Assembly (NCBI RefSeq): GCF_038025025.1
Contig: NW_027117338.1
Coordinates: forward strand, 3,286,001 to 3,350,000
Length of the DNA stretch: 64,000 nucleotides
From: Phyllosticta citribraziliensis
Lineage: Eukaryota
Reading direction: 5' to 3'
The position numbers were made by a program, and so were the translations under genes. Numbering within the stretch: the stretch's first letter is position 1; every line of letters starts with the position of its first letter. Shown piece by piece: positions 34,495-47,604 of the stretch. The notes beneath the pieces were generated by a model. The model was not told where the DNA came from, ran no database searches, and worked only from the letters and a program-made list of their open reading frames with translations.

Positions 34495-37400
34495 GGCCTG
34501 GGCGAGCCGCGAGGCCAGCAAGAAGCGGGGAAAGGGCGAGGGTGAAGAGGATGAGGACGGCAAGGCGAGGACTTTTTTGATTGATTGTCGAGGGGGACGC
34601 AAAAAGGGTTTATGGCAGAAATTACAGCGGGGAATGTTCTTCTGATAAAGTATGCTTTGCAGGAAGAGCCAGGCGTCGCTAAGCCCAGTTCAGCCAATGT
34701 GCCGAGTTTCTTCAGGCGACGGTGGAGAGACGCGAACGGATCTGGACTGCTGCAGCACTTGGGACTGTGTCTGTAGGGCTTGGGATTAGAAAATAATAGG
34801 TTCGTTCGTCAACCTTTGCCTCGCCAACGCACAGGGTTGACACCTGTCCGCGTGCACGACACCACGACCGCGTACTGTACTTCCTCATACATTCCTGCTG
34901 GGTCCTGTCATTTGCGGCCAAGAGGCGGACCGTTACCTGTCAACGTGTTGCACCCGCCGGCCACACAGCGCACATGGAAACGTTTGTGAGAGCCGTCAAC
35001 GCCCATGTCGGAGATGTGCCGGCAAACGAATCAAGGAACCATCTCGACACCCATGGCTCCCCATTGGCGAGTGCCGTCTGCAGGGGAAGCTTGGCCATGG
35101 CAGGAAAACGACCCGCCCTGGCGCCGTGAGCAGAGGGAGACGGTGGATCGACGATCACGAGCCATCCTTCGTTCAAAAATTCGCTGAAACATGACTAGCG
35201 GCCATGTCCAGTCGGCTCGCTGCTTCTGCGACGAGCAAGAGAGCGCTGCCACGCTCGGCTGTCCCTTGAATTCCGCTCAAATCCTTTGGACGCGCCGACA
35301 CGTGAAGCCCAGGGTTAGCAACGCGCTCGTCTTTCGCTTGTTTCGCCGCATGGCCGCAGCCGTCGATCCTATTTCTTCAAACCGTTAGCTACCTTTTGCT
35401 CTCGCTAGCTGTGGTGAAAGAACCCCGACCTACTCTCTCCTTTCGGCTGATTTGGCCAATAAGACTCTTGGACGACTGTCCGCACCATGCTCCCGACCGT
35501 TGCGGAACATATATCCCGGCAAAGACGAGGTCGCCATTGTTTTCTTGCGAATGACGCAAACATTGGTGCAAGCTCATGCGCCTAGATTTGTTCGTGGTTC
35601 CAGATTATTGTCCTTGCTTCATTCAAAGGCTTCTCCGTCCATGTCTTGAAAATCCTCGCTCGTTCTTTGTCCGTGTTGTAAGTCCTGTCGAATGGGACCT
35701 TTGACTGGGCAAGGCGCTTCCATTCAGTCGAGACAGTGCTCATCTCAAGATTTTGATGCTGTTTGGTACAGCACAACGGGTTTGGGAGGCGCCATGCGTC
35801 TCATCCGGGGCACTGCGCTTGATTGCTTTGTTCATCGAACCTCCGGCTGTTGGATCTCGGTCCTCTCGCATGATTGATTTCGTTGTTGTTGGACAGAGAG
35901 AAATAGTCGTCCACTCGTGAGGGCCAGACTCGTGCGACTGGACAGGTAGTCCGGTGCAAACCGGATCATAGAGCGATTCCACCAGCATCTGACGTAGAAT
36001 GAGTTGCAGGTTGGACTGCCAGGGTTGGAACATGAAACGGCATATGAACTTCATCCACTGAGTTGTTAGCTAGTCGACTTGGCTCAAGGCGATGTCGCAT
36101 CGGAATGGTTACCTCGAACACTTTTGTTTGTCAAGAGGTGGTGTTGAAGATGCAGACTCTGAGACCATCGTCGACAGTAATGGTGCGCTTGGGGTCATTT
36201 GCGGAGAAATTAATGTCCTCAAGTCTTGCAGGGCGTGGAACTTGCAAAGGAAGGTGATGGAAAGGGGTTTTCAAAGCGTCGCTTTTGTCGTTCTATGCTG
36301 GCGCTTGAGCAAGGCTTCTGATGGCGCTTTGGCTGTGTAGGCGAATGACTCGAAGCTGTGACATCTGTATCGACATTCCCAAGTTGCAGAGTGATAGGCT
36401 GGCGGTTTGTGTATCCTTGGTTCTTTGGGTGGCCGAGGTTTGTGATGATCAGCAAGTTCGAGTTTGTAGAAAGCAGGTAATTTTCGAACCCGAAGTTGTA
36501 TTCCAAACATCTTAGCAATGTAACTTATTGAGGATGACGTTTCACTCCAATTCATCCGCTCGACGCTTTGTGGATGGCAAATCGCGAATTTCAAAATGAT
36601 GGTGGTGTCCAGCAACGAGGCCGACGCAACAGAGTGATGTCGATTCTGAGACTGTTCCCCACCAACAGCGGGAGTAGGAGTCCTAATCTAAGTCCGTGGG
36701 CGATCGATGATGAATTTCAATCGAATCGGAGTCGATAGGTCACTCCCAGTGCCAGTCCCTTACTTTTGTGAGCAAGATGGAGTGTTCGTTCGGTGCGTGA
36801 TTCGACCTCGACCTAGAGATACAGAGACCAGCGCTGACCATTCAACCTGCGGTACCACTGAGTGACGTGTTGTTTGATTCACGCATAGCCTTTGATCCAT
36901 CGGCTCCGACGGAGTTGTTGGTGTGTTGTTGTTTCTAATCGCTGAGTGGCTTTCGTTTTGGAGGGTGATGTTGCAACATTATTGCCCAACGATGGTGAAA
37001 TCGCAACCCAGTGGCGACTTTATCATCATCTTCCAGCTGAACTACAGATGAGAGGAAGTCAGCCTTTCTTCCTTCGAACGGCGACCAGATCGAGGAGCTG
37101 TCTCCTGAGGGAACACAGGTTGCTGTTGCGTGCAGACGCATGGGTGTCAGAAACCTGGAATCCCAAAGATGGCATGCATGTGGTGTCGGGTTCGCCAGCT
37201 GATTGGCGACGAGGATCATGCGGATCGGAGCGGCCAACACAGGATCAGGCGAGATTAAATCTGGCCCCGCGATCGACCAGAATTAGGACTAAAATCGCAG
37301 GAGAGAAGTAGCTTCGGACAAGCATGCTCGGGAGAGGGGTATTTCTGTCTTGTCATCGGGTCGCCTCTCGCTGCCGGAGGTTGAGTTGAGTCCCTGAACA

Positions 37401-39340
37401 ACATCAAGCGACATGGCTTTTTGGGCACGTCTGCATGTTGGATGCCCTGAATCCAGGAGCTCTCTCCGATCGCGCCATCGTGTAGGACGTGGCCAAGTCC
37501 GCGATGGGAGCATGAGATTATCGCAAGAATGGGCCTGATTTGCAGGGTAAAGTGGAGAGAATAGATCAGTTGCTGCCTACAAGACCGTCAGGAGCAATAA
37601 GCAATAGGGCAAAAGGTGGGGCACGCAGGACCACACTCTGGGGTTAATATCGCGCACGAGTGCGGCTGAGTTCTTTTCATGCTCCGAGGCGCTCGGCACA
37701 GAGGTCCGAGTACTCGTTGTTCTGAGCGCTCCACTATGCTCCACTCATGGCTTGCTACGACGCAGGGCAAGTGGAGGCAAACGCCTTGAAAAAAGCCCTG
37801 TGGGTTCTCGTTGGAGTTGCTTCTTTTGCCCCTTGATGTTTTGGATTTTTTTGTTACCCGACTTGGTTTTGTTACGGCGTCCTGGTGATTGTATCAGCCA
37901 CCGGGGCCAAAAGATTTTCGCAGCCACGTCCTTGCCACAATCTCACGGTACTCGCAGTGTTGTCAGTCAGGGCTGGGACTCGACGGCCACAAGGACAATC
38001 TCCTGTGCCTAGCACATTGACAGCGGATGCCCTGGGGCACATGTACAACGGTATGCGGGGCTACACAGACGAAGGCAGCCTCTCACCGGTCTCTCAACAG
38101 CATCAACACAGCCTTGTCGTATGAAAGCTGCCCCAACCGCACGAGACTTTTTTCCTTGGGAAGAAATTCTGGTGCATATCTTCACTATCGGTCGGGACTT
38201 CGGGGGCATCCGGCAGCAGCATGTATGCATGCTGAGATTACTGGGCAGCGTTAGCATTCAGTGAGGCTGCAAAACAAAAGACATGGTCGGCCAGGCAGGC
38301 TGTGGTGCATCCAAGAAATGCGGGGTGAGGGGGTATGCAACAGGCCTTTTGCATACAGTACACGTCGGGTCAATGTCTTGCATATCGTCCACGGCGGCAA
38401 CGGTGCAGATGCCGCATTGGGAGGCTCTGTTTCTGTGCCCTTGGGTCGTTTGCCGCTCTCGAGTCTGTCGAGGATCAGGAAGTTGGCGAGTGAGTATAGG
38501 CAGTCAGATGGTAGCTGGTGTACACGTAGAAGACCACGAAACTTGTCACAAAGGATGGGAGTGTGGTGATTGTGTCGAAGAGGCGGTCCCTCGTTGGTGG
38601 TTGGATGGTGAGTGGTGAGTGGTGCTCCGAGGGCAGCGAAAGTGGTTGCCGCAAAACCACGTCATTCCGTCGTCCTCCCTCCCAGCCCAGCCCAGCCCAG
38701 TGCAACGACAACCTCCTCCTCAACCACCTCACCTCGCTCAACACCGGCACCTCGCAGCACCTTGCCGGCAAATGGACACAACCTCTCCCCTCCTACAAGT
38801 ACCGCATCACTATCCTTGAATCCGCTGCACGACGTTCCCGTCCCACGATGACCGCTTTCGTCGACTTGGATCGAGACACTCACTTGCAGTGCGCCTTTCT
38901 AAACACCGCCGTCGGCCAAGGAAATTCGACGCGTTCTCAACCCTGATGGGAATTCCGTGACCTCAGACGTGCCACCGGCTCCTCTTTCCTTGCGGCTACT
39001 TTTACCGGTCACCATGTCCCCAGAGAAGCGAGGGAGGACAACGTCCATGTCCTTGTACATCCCGCGTGGTCTTGGCGCGAGCTCATGGGGCGCAAGAATG
39101 CGATGTGAAAATACAATTGCCATTTCGAATCCTAGCTGCTAATTACGATTTCCCCAATTCCGACATCTGCATCCGACTAGAAGGCAAAAAGCGCGGAATC
39201 CGTCATCTCACGCGTCGCGCACGCGTCCTCGAGGCTCTTGGCTCATGCCACAGTGCAAACCACGTGTCCCTCACGTCAAACTGGTCGTAATCCGTTGAGA
39301 ATTTCCATACAAGCTTGATAGTCGCTGGCGCATGACGGGC

Positions 39341-40480
39341 TTACAGACTACGACGGCGTCCGTGTCCCTTGGGGTGGGTCCATTCATCTTGACCTGGATT
39401 GGCCTCCTCGTACCGAAGGTGCTTGAGTGTCTTGTACAGCCCAACCGCAAGCAATGAGCCAACACCTGGTCCAACCCCTGTAACACCATTAGCATGAGAC
39501 CAATCTCAACGGGCCCGGAAGTGGAGAAACCCACAGTAGATCCAGTGCTGCGTCCACGTTCCACTCACGATAGCCGGGCCAAAGCTGCGCGCCGGATTCA
39601 AGCTCGCTCCTGTCCACTGCACCGCGACAAGGTGGGACGAGAAGAGCGCCATACCGATCGCAACAGGAGCCATGAACCGACCGCGGTGGTTCTCTCCGGC
39701 CAGCATGAAGATGGTCGTGATGAGGTACGCCGTGAGGATCATCTCCAAGCACACAGCCTGTGCCGTCGTAGCGCCATTGCTCGGGGCAGTGACGACCCCA
39801 AATGGTGTTGGTACAATGACGGAGACAATGTATGCGCTAAACATGCATCCCAACATTTGTGCAATGAACAAGCAGAGGCAACGCATTGCGGGAATGGCGC
39901 CCGTCAACAACATGGCAAGCGTGACCTGTACACATCACATCAGCCAAGAGAGTCTGGCCAGACAACGACGGAAGGAGGCGTACCGCTGGATTGAAAAGAC
40001 CTCCGGAGACGCGGAAGAAGACGAAGACGTTGACCATCAGCGAGAGACCGAATGCAGTCGAGATGTAAAGAATGGCCGCAGGGTCGAAGGCGTCACTCTG
40101 TCCCGATGATTTGGCGTAGTTGGCAACCTCTGCACCCGCCATGCCGAAGAAGAGGAACGACGCAGTTCCAATGAGTTCGCCAACCCCGGCGATGAAGTCT
40201 ACAAGGCCAATCCGTCAGTGTGACTGCGCCGCGAGACTTTCAGAGGCTACCCACGGTTCTTCCACGGTGATCTTCCGAAGCCGCTGTTCATGACTTTGTT
40301 GAACGGAAAGGGCGGTGGCCTCTCGTGGGCTTCCGGCTCCGAGTCGTTGAAGGTACCAGCATCGGTGCCCGTGGTGTCATGCTCCACCACTTTCTTTGGG
40401 TCACCACTCCATGTTCCGCCGTAGTTTGAAGGGTGCCCTGCCTCAGCCGAAGGGCCATTGTGGTAACCGGAGGTAGACAT
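39341..40480 (-). CDS. Aquaporin (MIP family)
   Basis: GELIGTASFLFFG, SGGLFNPAV and TGASLNPARSFGPA (two NPA boxes), HWIY|WVGP, YEEANPGQD. Three introns. Confidence 0.94.
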
Positions 40481-43400
40481 GGTTGTTGGTTGATTCAACA
40501 CCAGAGGTACGATGTTGGAAGGAAAATGAAGATGACAAGAAGCTTAAGTATTGATTGGTTTGAACAAAAGAGTCGGGAACGTGGGAAGCTGGGAAGGTCT
40601 CGATGGCTCTGTCCTGGTAATCCGCATTGGCTTCTCCCAAGGGTCTTTTTAAGCTTGCTCGGCTTCAGGGGGCTCAAACAAACCTTCCTCTTTTCGCCTC
40701 ACTGTCTCGACGTCAGAGGTTCCAACAAGAAAACCTGATCGCCGGTCAGCATGCGCACTGACACCCGTCTTCTTGGGCATCGTCGACATGAGTGGACTCG
40801 GAGTCCTTGTTCCCGCCACAATGATTTCTTCGGCGGTCTTACAGCAGAATGCCAGCGCCTATCCACATTTTGGGCAGCATCGCTGGGAACGAGGGTGATC
40901 GGAGATTCCGCCATAGGAAGGACGTATACAGGGTGTCTAAGCCGCCGTATCAATGGTCAGGCTGGCTGGACTTGACTCTCCTGATGTCCTACAGCAGCAC
41001 TTCGCCAAGAAAGACCAGTCAGGTAGGTGGCAGACGCGAAGCTTGACCAGTGGCGATGCTGCATGAGCGCGCCGAGGGCACCGGGAGGCTCCTGGGAAGT
41101 AGGAGCAGCCAAAGTCGGCTGCGAGACTTTGACGTGCAGCCGCTGGCAGTCCAAGGGCGACCCTAGCAGAGAGGGATGAACCGAACTACGAGTGGACATC
41201 TCCACTGTTCATGTGCAGCGACTAGCCTCGCGAACAAACGTGGAATGCAGATCGGGCGTGCTCACAAGATACCATCTGTAACCCTCAGTCCTATCTTCTG
41301 TCAGACAAATCTTACTCTATACAGCCGAAACACGTCAAGGTGAAGTCAGAGGTCCGTGGGCAGTCAAACGCGGCCCTGATATACCAGCTTCATGCTCATT
41401 TTCTTACTGGAGGGACCATGATATCCGCAACTCTGTCGTCGGGATGTCCGCAACTCACACTGAGTTTGGAGCTGCGGAACAGGGATCTGCCTTTCGATGC
41501 CCACACTTTTTGCGCCATCGACCCTGTGGCGCCCCGTTGGAAAAATGGCAAAATACTTCTCCTGGCGCCCACGTAAAAGGGCTCGAGGACATGGCCGGTC
41601 GCACAGCGTGAAAATGTTACGTGCTGCAGGCATAAAAAGCAAAAAAAGCAAAAGCAAGAAGACGTCGACGCGGTCGTGCCTCGCTGGAATGCCGCATGGG
41701 TCCACGCTCCCACGTCCTGGTTTCGGACAAGGGACAAGATCGAACTGCAGTTCTCGGCTGGTCTATGCCTGCGTGCTGGGACCGGGATGGAGATGCTCGA
41801 GATGAGGTCCAAGGGATCGGCGACACGGACGCTGCCGCACCCCGTACGACTGCAGCTGCTGATTGGACGCTTGCAACTGTAAGGGCATACTAGGTCAACT
41901 CTCGTGACAAGATCCTCGACCGCACATGTCCTGCGACAGGAATTGGGTGCCAGTGCAGCGAGGAAGGAGACAATCGGTCCACAAATCGCAGCCAAGGGCA
42001 CAGCGGGGTACGTCCTTGCAAGACATTGGCAACGGCCGGCTTGCACGCAGCATGAAGGGCTGAAAAAGCAATTCCCAAAGTCGTAGCAGAGTTGTCCGCT
42101 AACGCAAGACGACAGCTGTCTCGTTCATCCAGACCCGCTGTAGTGCTGCCCCCAACTCAAGTCCAATTGTTTTTCCTCGCCATCGAGGCTAAAACACGAC
42201 CTTATCAAAAGCATCCACAGACTTTCGCTTACACATCTACAAGACCATCCCCATTACCAAACCGCGTTGATATCACATCCGGCGTCATTGTGGCGTGCGC
42301 CATGCCGGCGCCAGGCCCAGCACTGGGTGCGGATGTGTCTCAGCCCCGACAACTTGGTCGGAAAGTCAGAATCCCACCACGAGGATGAAGGAATTACGCA
42401 TGCGTCAGCCCACAACTGGAGGGTGTATTGCTGCCGATGGTGATTGTCCAAGAAAACCACAGCCCACTCTGCCTGTCCGTCCGCAACCGCCGCTCTCAAG
42501 CGGTTCAGCGTCGTCATCCTCAGGAGATAAGCAGATGGCAATAAACTTGGCATGAGGGAGGCATCCTTGTAGCATCGCACCTCACTTTGTCAGACAATTG
42601 CCATCTGCGCGCTCTGCCGGTACTTTGTAGAGGAAGGTCTAGGACGCTGCCGGCGATGATGAGATAAGCTCTTTTGACAAAGTCTTTTGGCGAACGGGGC
42701 GGGATTGCCGTCTAAGTACCTCGAGTCAGGTACTGACATGTAACTTTGGTAGTCTCCAGAGTGCCTGTTTCATCACTGGGGGCAATTGGCCCCTACTTCC
42801 AAAGGTACCTGGACATGTGCAAGAAGTTGCGCCTATCATCCCAAAAATGGCTGACCATCACTTGGAGCGTATCCGTAATGAATTTATCAGCCTTGGAAAC
42901 TTTCAAGACGCTGGAACTGACTAATCGCACCACCAATGAAGGCAAAGAAAAGGGCCACGACGACCTGGAACCACTGGATTTGGCACGCCATGGGGGGCTG
43001 TTCAGCAACAGCCTTGGTTTTACCCAGAGCAGCGGTATTCGACTGCAGCCGGATGCGAGACTCAGTCGCCGCGGGCAAAGAAATGGGACGAGGCGGACGC
43101 AAGTAGCGATGCAGGGAGGAAAATTCGGACAGACATTACGTCGCACATGACAGTCGTGCAGTGGTCGACACCCAAAGTTCAACACCACGCCAAGAGTGTG
43201 ATGATGCGGGCAGGGGACAGGGTCGCTCTGCATGCAGTCGCTCATTCGCCGACCGGTGAGCGACGGTCGTCTTTCCGGCCGAGGCCGGCTCAGATGGAAA
43301 GACTGTCGTCCCGCTTTCCTTGACCCCACGCCGCCGAGCTGGACGAGAGAGCGGGACCGGGAACCCTTCATTAGACGCTACGCTAGCCGAACTGTCTGGG

Positions 43401-44487
43401 ACGATCCCCGCCTGCTCAGCCCTCGAAGCCGCAGCGCCATTTCTTGCGAGGGAACGCCTCTGTGAGACACTCCCGTAGCTGAGCGATGCGGCTCGCCGTT
43501 GCGCTGTGAGGCGACGCTTTGGTTTGGCCGCCGCAGTAGCAGTGGAGAGAGCCGTGGTGGCCAACACCTCGTCAGCCTCCCGGCTCTCAGTCCGACCCCT
43601 GAACTGTAGCGTCGCATCTTCGCAGTTCGAGATGGGTCTGAGAGACAGAAATCTGCACGTCTACCCAGGAGGCAGTGCAGGCTGGTCGGTAGCAGACCCC
43701 ACGGCAGCCAGCAGCGATCCCGGTTGCTCTGCATCTACACGGCCTCATTTCGACCATTGCGAATGAAATAGCCTGCGCACATATCTCATGAGTCGCACTG
43801 CTGTTGTGCCGCGCGTGGACCATGTCTGCCACCACTGCGACGGCGACTGCTTCTCGCGAGAAGAAAAAAGAAACAGAAACAGAGGCCAGAACGGATCGCG
43901 AAACGGTCGAACGCGCGGAGATCGGAAAAGCAACTCTGGCCCTGCATGACCTCGACGGTGGCAGCCACCCCGTCTGAAGACCGCTAAGCTTATCTGTGTG
44001 TCTGCCCGAGAAGGCATCCACCATGCACCGGACAGCCTGCGGGAGGCAAACCAGCTGTGGGGATAGGGATGAGGCAACGAGTTGCGGCGGTCAGGACGAC
44101 ACCATATGTCCGTCGCTCGTCACGGATTCCTTCTCCGGTCGCTCTGGGATTTCATTCCAACTGCAAGACTGGCACCAGGTTGTTGTAGGTCAAGTACTTC
44201 AATTTTCTCTACCAATCATGCCCACCCTCTGCAACGCCGTCATGAATTTCCGCGGAAGCACATTCAGCAATCGGCGTGGCATGTCTTTCTGCATCGCCCA
44301 TCGATAGCCTTGTACGTCCCTCCCAATTGAGTACCTCCAGCGGCAGCGGGTAAAGTCTGGATATTATCGTCTCTGGAGCCCCTTTATTTTCCCCCCTGTG
44401 TCCAAGCCGCCAGTAAACCTTTAGCGGAAGCTTATCTTGAACTCCAAAAAAACGCCTGATCATCAAAGATTCGAGGGCGGCCCGATC

Positions 44488-45927
44488 CTATGCCTCGTTG
44501 GTGCGAGCTTGCATCAAAGACCGCGCCTCTTCCTTGTCGTGCGCCTCCTCGGCGAACGTGTCTTCATCCTGCCCCGGCCACAAGATGGCCTTGTTGACGA
44601 CAGCGCGGATCATACTGACGAAGACAAAGATGTAAGTGCAGACGAGGAGGACGGTCATCATGCTGCCGACCCACTTGATGCCCTCGCTGTTCAGCGACCG
44701 ACCAATGTAGATGGTTCCGAGGGTGAAGCCGACGTTGGGGAAGATGAAGGACCACCAGTTGAGCTTGAAGACCATGGACCGCCAGTGGATGGTGCAGCTG
44801 ATGAGGCTGATGAAGAAGAACCAGCACGACAGGCTCCACACAAAGACCGACACCATGGTGGCGCCGACCCGCATGATCTGCATCGTCGCCGCGTCGTTGC
44901 CGAAGTACTCGTAGTAGGACGGATACGCGTTGGCCATGTTGATAATGACGAGGCTGGTGAAGCTCGGCGGGCCGACGGCAATGAACATGGCGGGCCGAGT
45001 CGCAATCGAAGGCAGCCCGTACTGCACCATGCGGTGGATGTAGCAGGCGTACATGAAGATACTGACGAGCAGGCCCAGACCTTGCGCGGTGAGTCCGGCA
45101 ACGATCATGGGCATGGCGTCTGCGGGGGCAAACTCGGCGGCACCCGTGCAGGCTACCGTTCCGCTGATCATGAAGGGAAAGATGGGGAAGTCCCATGCCG
45201 GCGTCATGTCCTCAATCTTGAGTTCCGGGTTCGTGAAGAGAATCATGTAGTGACCGACGGCGGAGCAAAAGGTCAAGACAAAGTATATCCAGAAACAAAT
45301 GCGGAAGGCATCCAAGATCCACGGACCACAGGACGCGGCGGCATAGTGGATCATGCAGCTCAGGACGTTTGAGAGGGTGAGGAAGAAGGCCGAGAAGAAG
45401 ATTGTTTCCGGAGGCCGTTTGATCGAGTTTGTGAAGGTTCCGGGATACCTGATGAAACGGAACGTAATGAGCGCCGTGATGACGGCGATCAAGAAGAGGT
45501 CCCAGATGAACAAGACCTTGCCAATCGTTTCGAGGCCTCGGAACGTGTGCGGTTGGATTCGAGGCGAGACGAGGATGGCGATGCCGCCGGTGGACATGGT
45601 GCACGTGTACCATGCCTGTCAAGGTCAGTCAAGCTCGAAAACAGCAGGCTGGTGTTGTATACTGACCCAAGTAAAGTGTTGCAGACGATCTGCTATGCTC
45701 AATGTTTGCGTTTTGGCTTCTTGATCGTATCCTCTGATGGAAGCCGAATCATATCCTCTTTCTTCGTCACCACATCCTCTGAGGGAAGCGACATCGTATT
45801 CTCTCTTTTCTTCTTCTTCGCGGCCTCCAAGCGAGGTCGACTGGGATCGTTTCATCTCGTCATTCTCGCCACCTCTGAGCGAGCCTGCCTCAATGGCACT
45901 AAACGTCTTGGACAAGGACGACGACAT
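44488..45927 (-). CDS. C4-dicarboxylate/malic acid transporter (SLAC1/TDT family, Mae1-like)
   Basis: DRLQHFTW|intron|AWYTCTMSTGGIA, MTPAWDFPIFPFM, RPAMFIAVGPPSFT, WWSFIFPNVG and ILWPGQDED. Confidence 0.93.
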
Positions 45928-47467
45928 GGCCGGAAATACTCAAGAAAGAAACCCAGTGCTGGAGGAGCCCGCGCTGGAGGAACAGCAAAAGGACACGATA
46001 AGAGCTTTAAGACAGACATTGGCAAAGTCTTGGGTTGGCGCTCCATTCGGGGCAAAAACGCTGGAGCGATGCTCGGCCGACTGGAAGAGGAAAGCAGGCA
46101 TTGGCCCACGGGACGTGCCAGCGGCGCAGACATGACGTCTCTCCCAGATATCGTCGTCTATTCCCCAGCCGCAGAAGAGATTGTAGTGTAGTAGAGGCGC
46201 TGACTCAGCCCCTGCCATTGCGATCTCGCTCGGCCCGGAAAGGCAGCCAAGGGGCAGATCCAGCGTCAAAACGTCGACTCGGACGTCTTGGTGCCCGGCC
46301 AGTTTTCGTCCCGAGTCAAACAAGAGATGGAGATATGGAGCGCTCTCGCTTCACACCGCGTCCAGACTGCATGCAAGCTGTCGAGAAATCAACACCGCTG
46401 GCCGGTGTCCCTCAACACGGAGGTATCCCCAAGCGAGCAATGCAAGAGAGAGTGGGGTCGCCGTGGTCGACTGGATGTCTGCTGGTTCCTTTGAGCCGGC
46501 CAACAGGCATATTCAGCTCGTATTCCTGTGGTGTTTTGAGGAGATAAGATGGATAAGATGGGTTCTTTGCCCAGCAGTCTCCGCAGCGGAGCGGATAGGA
46601 TCCACTCTCTCGCATCGCAAACCATCGCGCTCGGTTCCAAGTGTGCCCTCGTCGTTCGCTCGGGCTTGGATTCGCGGCCTTTGGTTGCGGTGTCGCAGGT
46701 TGTTGGAGATGTTGATGGGGCCAGTCATTCCGGTGTGTTGACTGTTGAGGAAGCTGCGTTGTGGCAACCTGCCTGGGAACATGCACCTCTCCGGCTCCGG
46801 TAGCTGGGGTAGGTCACAATCAGTCCTCTTCGTGAAAAAGTTTCCTTTTTCCTTCGGGCTCGTTGGGTGCTGAGATAGTCTTGGTCACGTTCCTTGTTTG
46901 GAGTCCTGGGCGCGTAGAGCCTGGCCATGTCCTGGTGCTTTTGGCGAGTTCTCCATGGGTTCAGTCTCCAGGGTGTCCAAGGCGCGTTTTTGGGAAGGCA
47001 TGGTCAGAATATGTCATGGTCCTGCGTAGGTTTGTCGAATTAACAATCCAGCGGAAGAAGGCCAAAAAATCATCCTTCAGAGGAGCTCCCGAGGTCTATA
47101 TAAACGATCACACGGCATCCGGGAATCAAGTGCCGCATCAGCCGCGTTCTTTAGCCGCGCAAGCACACGCCACTCGGCCACCACTGCAGACAAAAAAAAG
47201 TCGTCGTCTACGCAACATCCAAACCACATCTGTCCATCCGCGACCTACTTTTGCATCCGAGGCACACCCCAACTCTTATAGAATGCAAACTCCGAATTCG
47301 CGTAATCCCATTGGTCGATTTCTCTAACGGCTAGCTGCGGCTGTTGCTGATTGCACGGTCCGTTCCGTGGTGGCGCCGCAATCGCCGTGGCCATCCATCC
47401 GCTCCACGCTACAAAAAAACTTGCAACACCACAACATCACCACCACATCCAAGAGCAAAAGAAGAGC

Positions 47468-47604
47468 TTCCGTCGCCGGGAATTGAACCCGGGCCTTGCC
47501 GGCACTTGCATTTCGACTACGGAATCGGTTTGAAACCAACATCTTGAAGTGAGAGAGACCCTCTTAATGAGAGCGGCAAATCCTAGCCACTAGACCACAA
47601 CGGA
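47468..47604 (-). tRNA. tRNA-Glu(CTC) with 65-nt intron (47503..47567)
   Basis: TCCGTTGTGGTCTAGTGGCTAGGATTTGCCGCT-CTC-A [intron] CCGGCAAGGCCCGGGTTCAATTCCCGGCGACGGAA. Acceptor stem TCCGTTG/CGACGGA, anticodon stem TGCCG/CGGCA, A and B boxes, T4 run downstream at 47460..47457. Confidence 0.93.

Noticed and set aside
34700..39300. Many 60-130 aa ORFs in intergenic DNA (likewise 11600..13450, 40600..44400, 46000..47400, 48000..50900)
   Set aside because: They show no motifs, codon bias or consistent exon chains. Decayed genes may be present but I cannot support any.
39341..45927. Aquaporin plus malate transporter as a functional cluster
   Set aside because: They are 4 kb apart with no shared promoter. 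Adjacency alone is not evidence.
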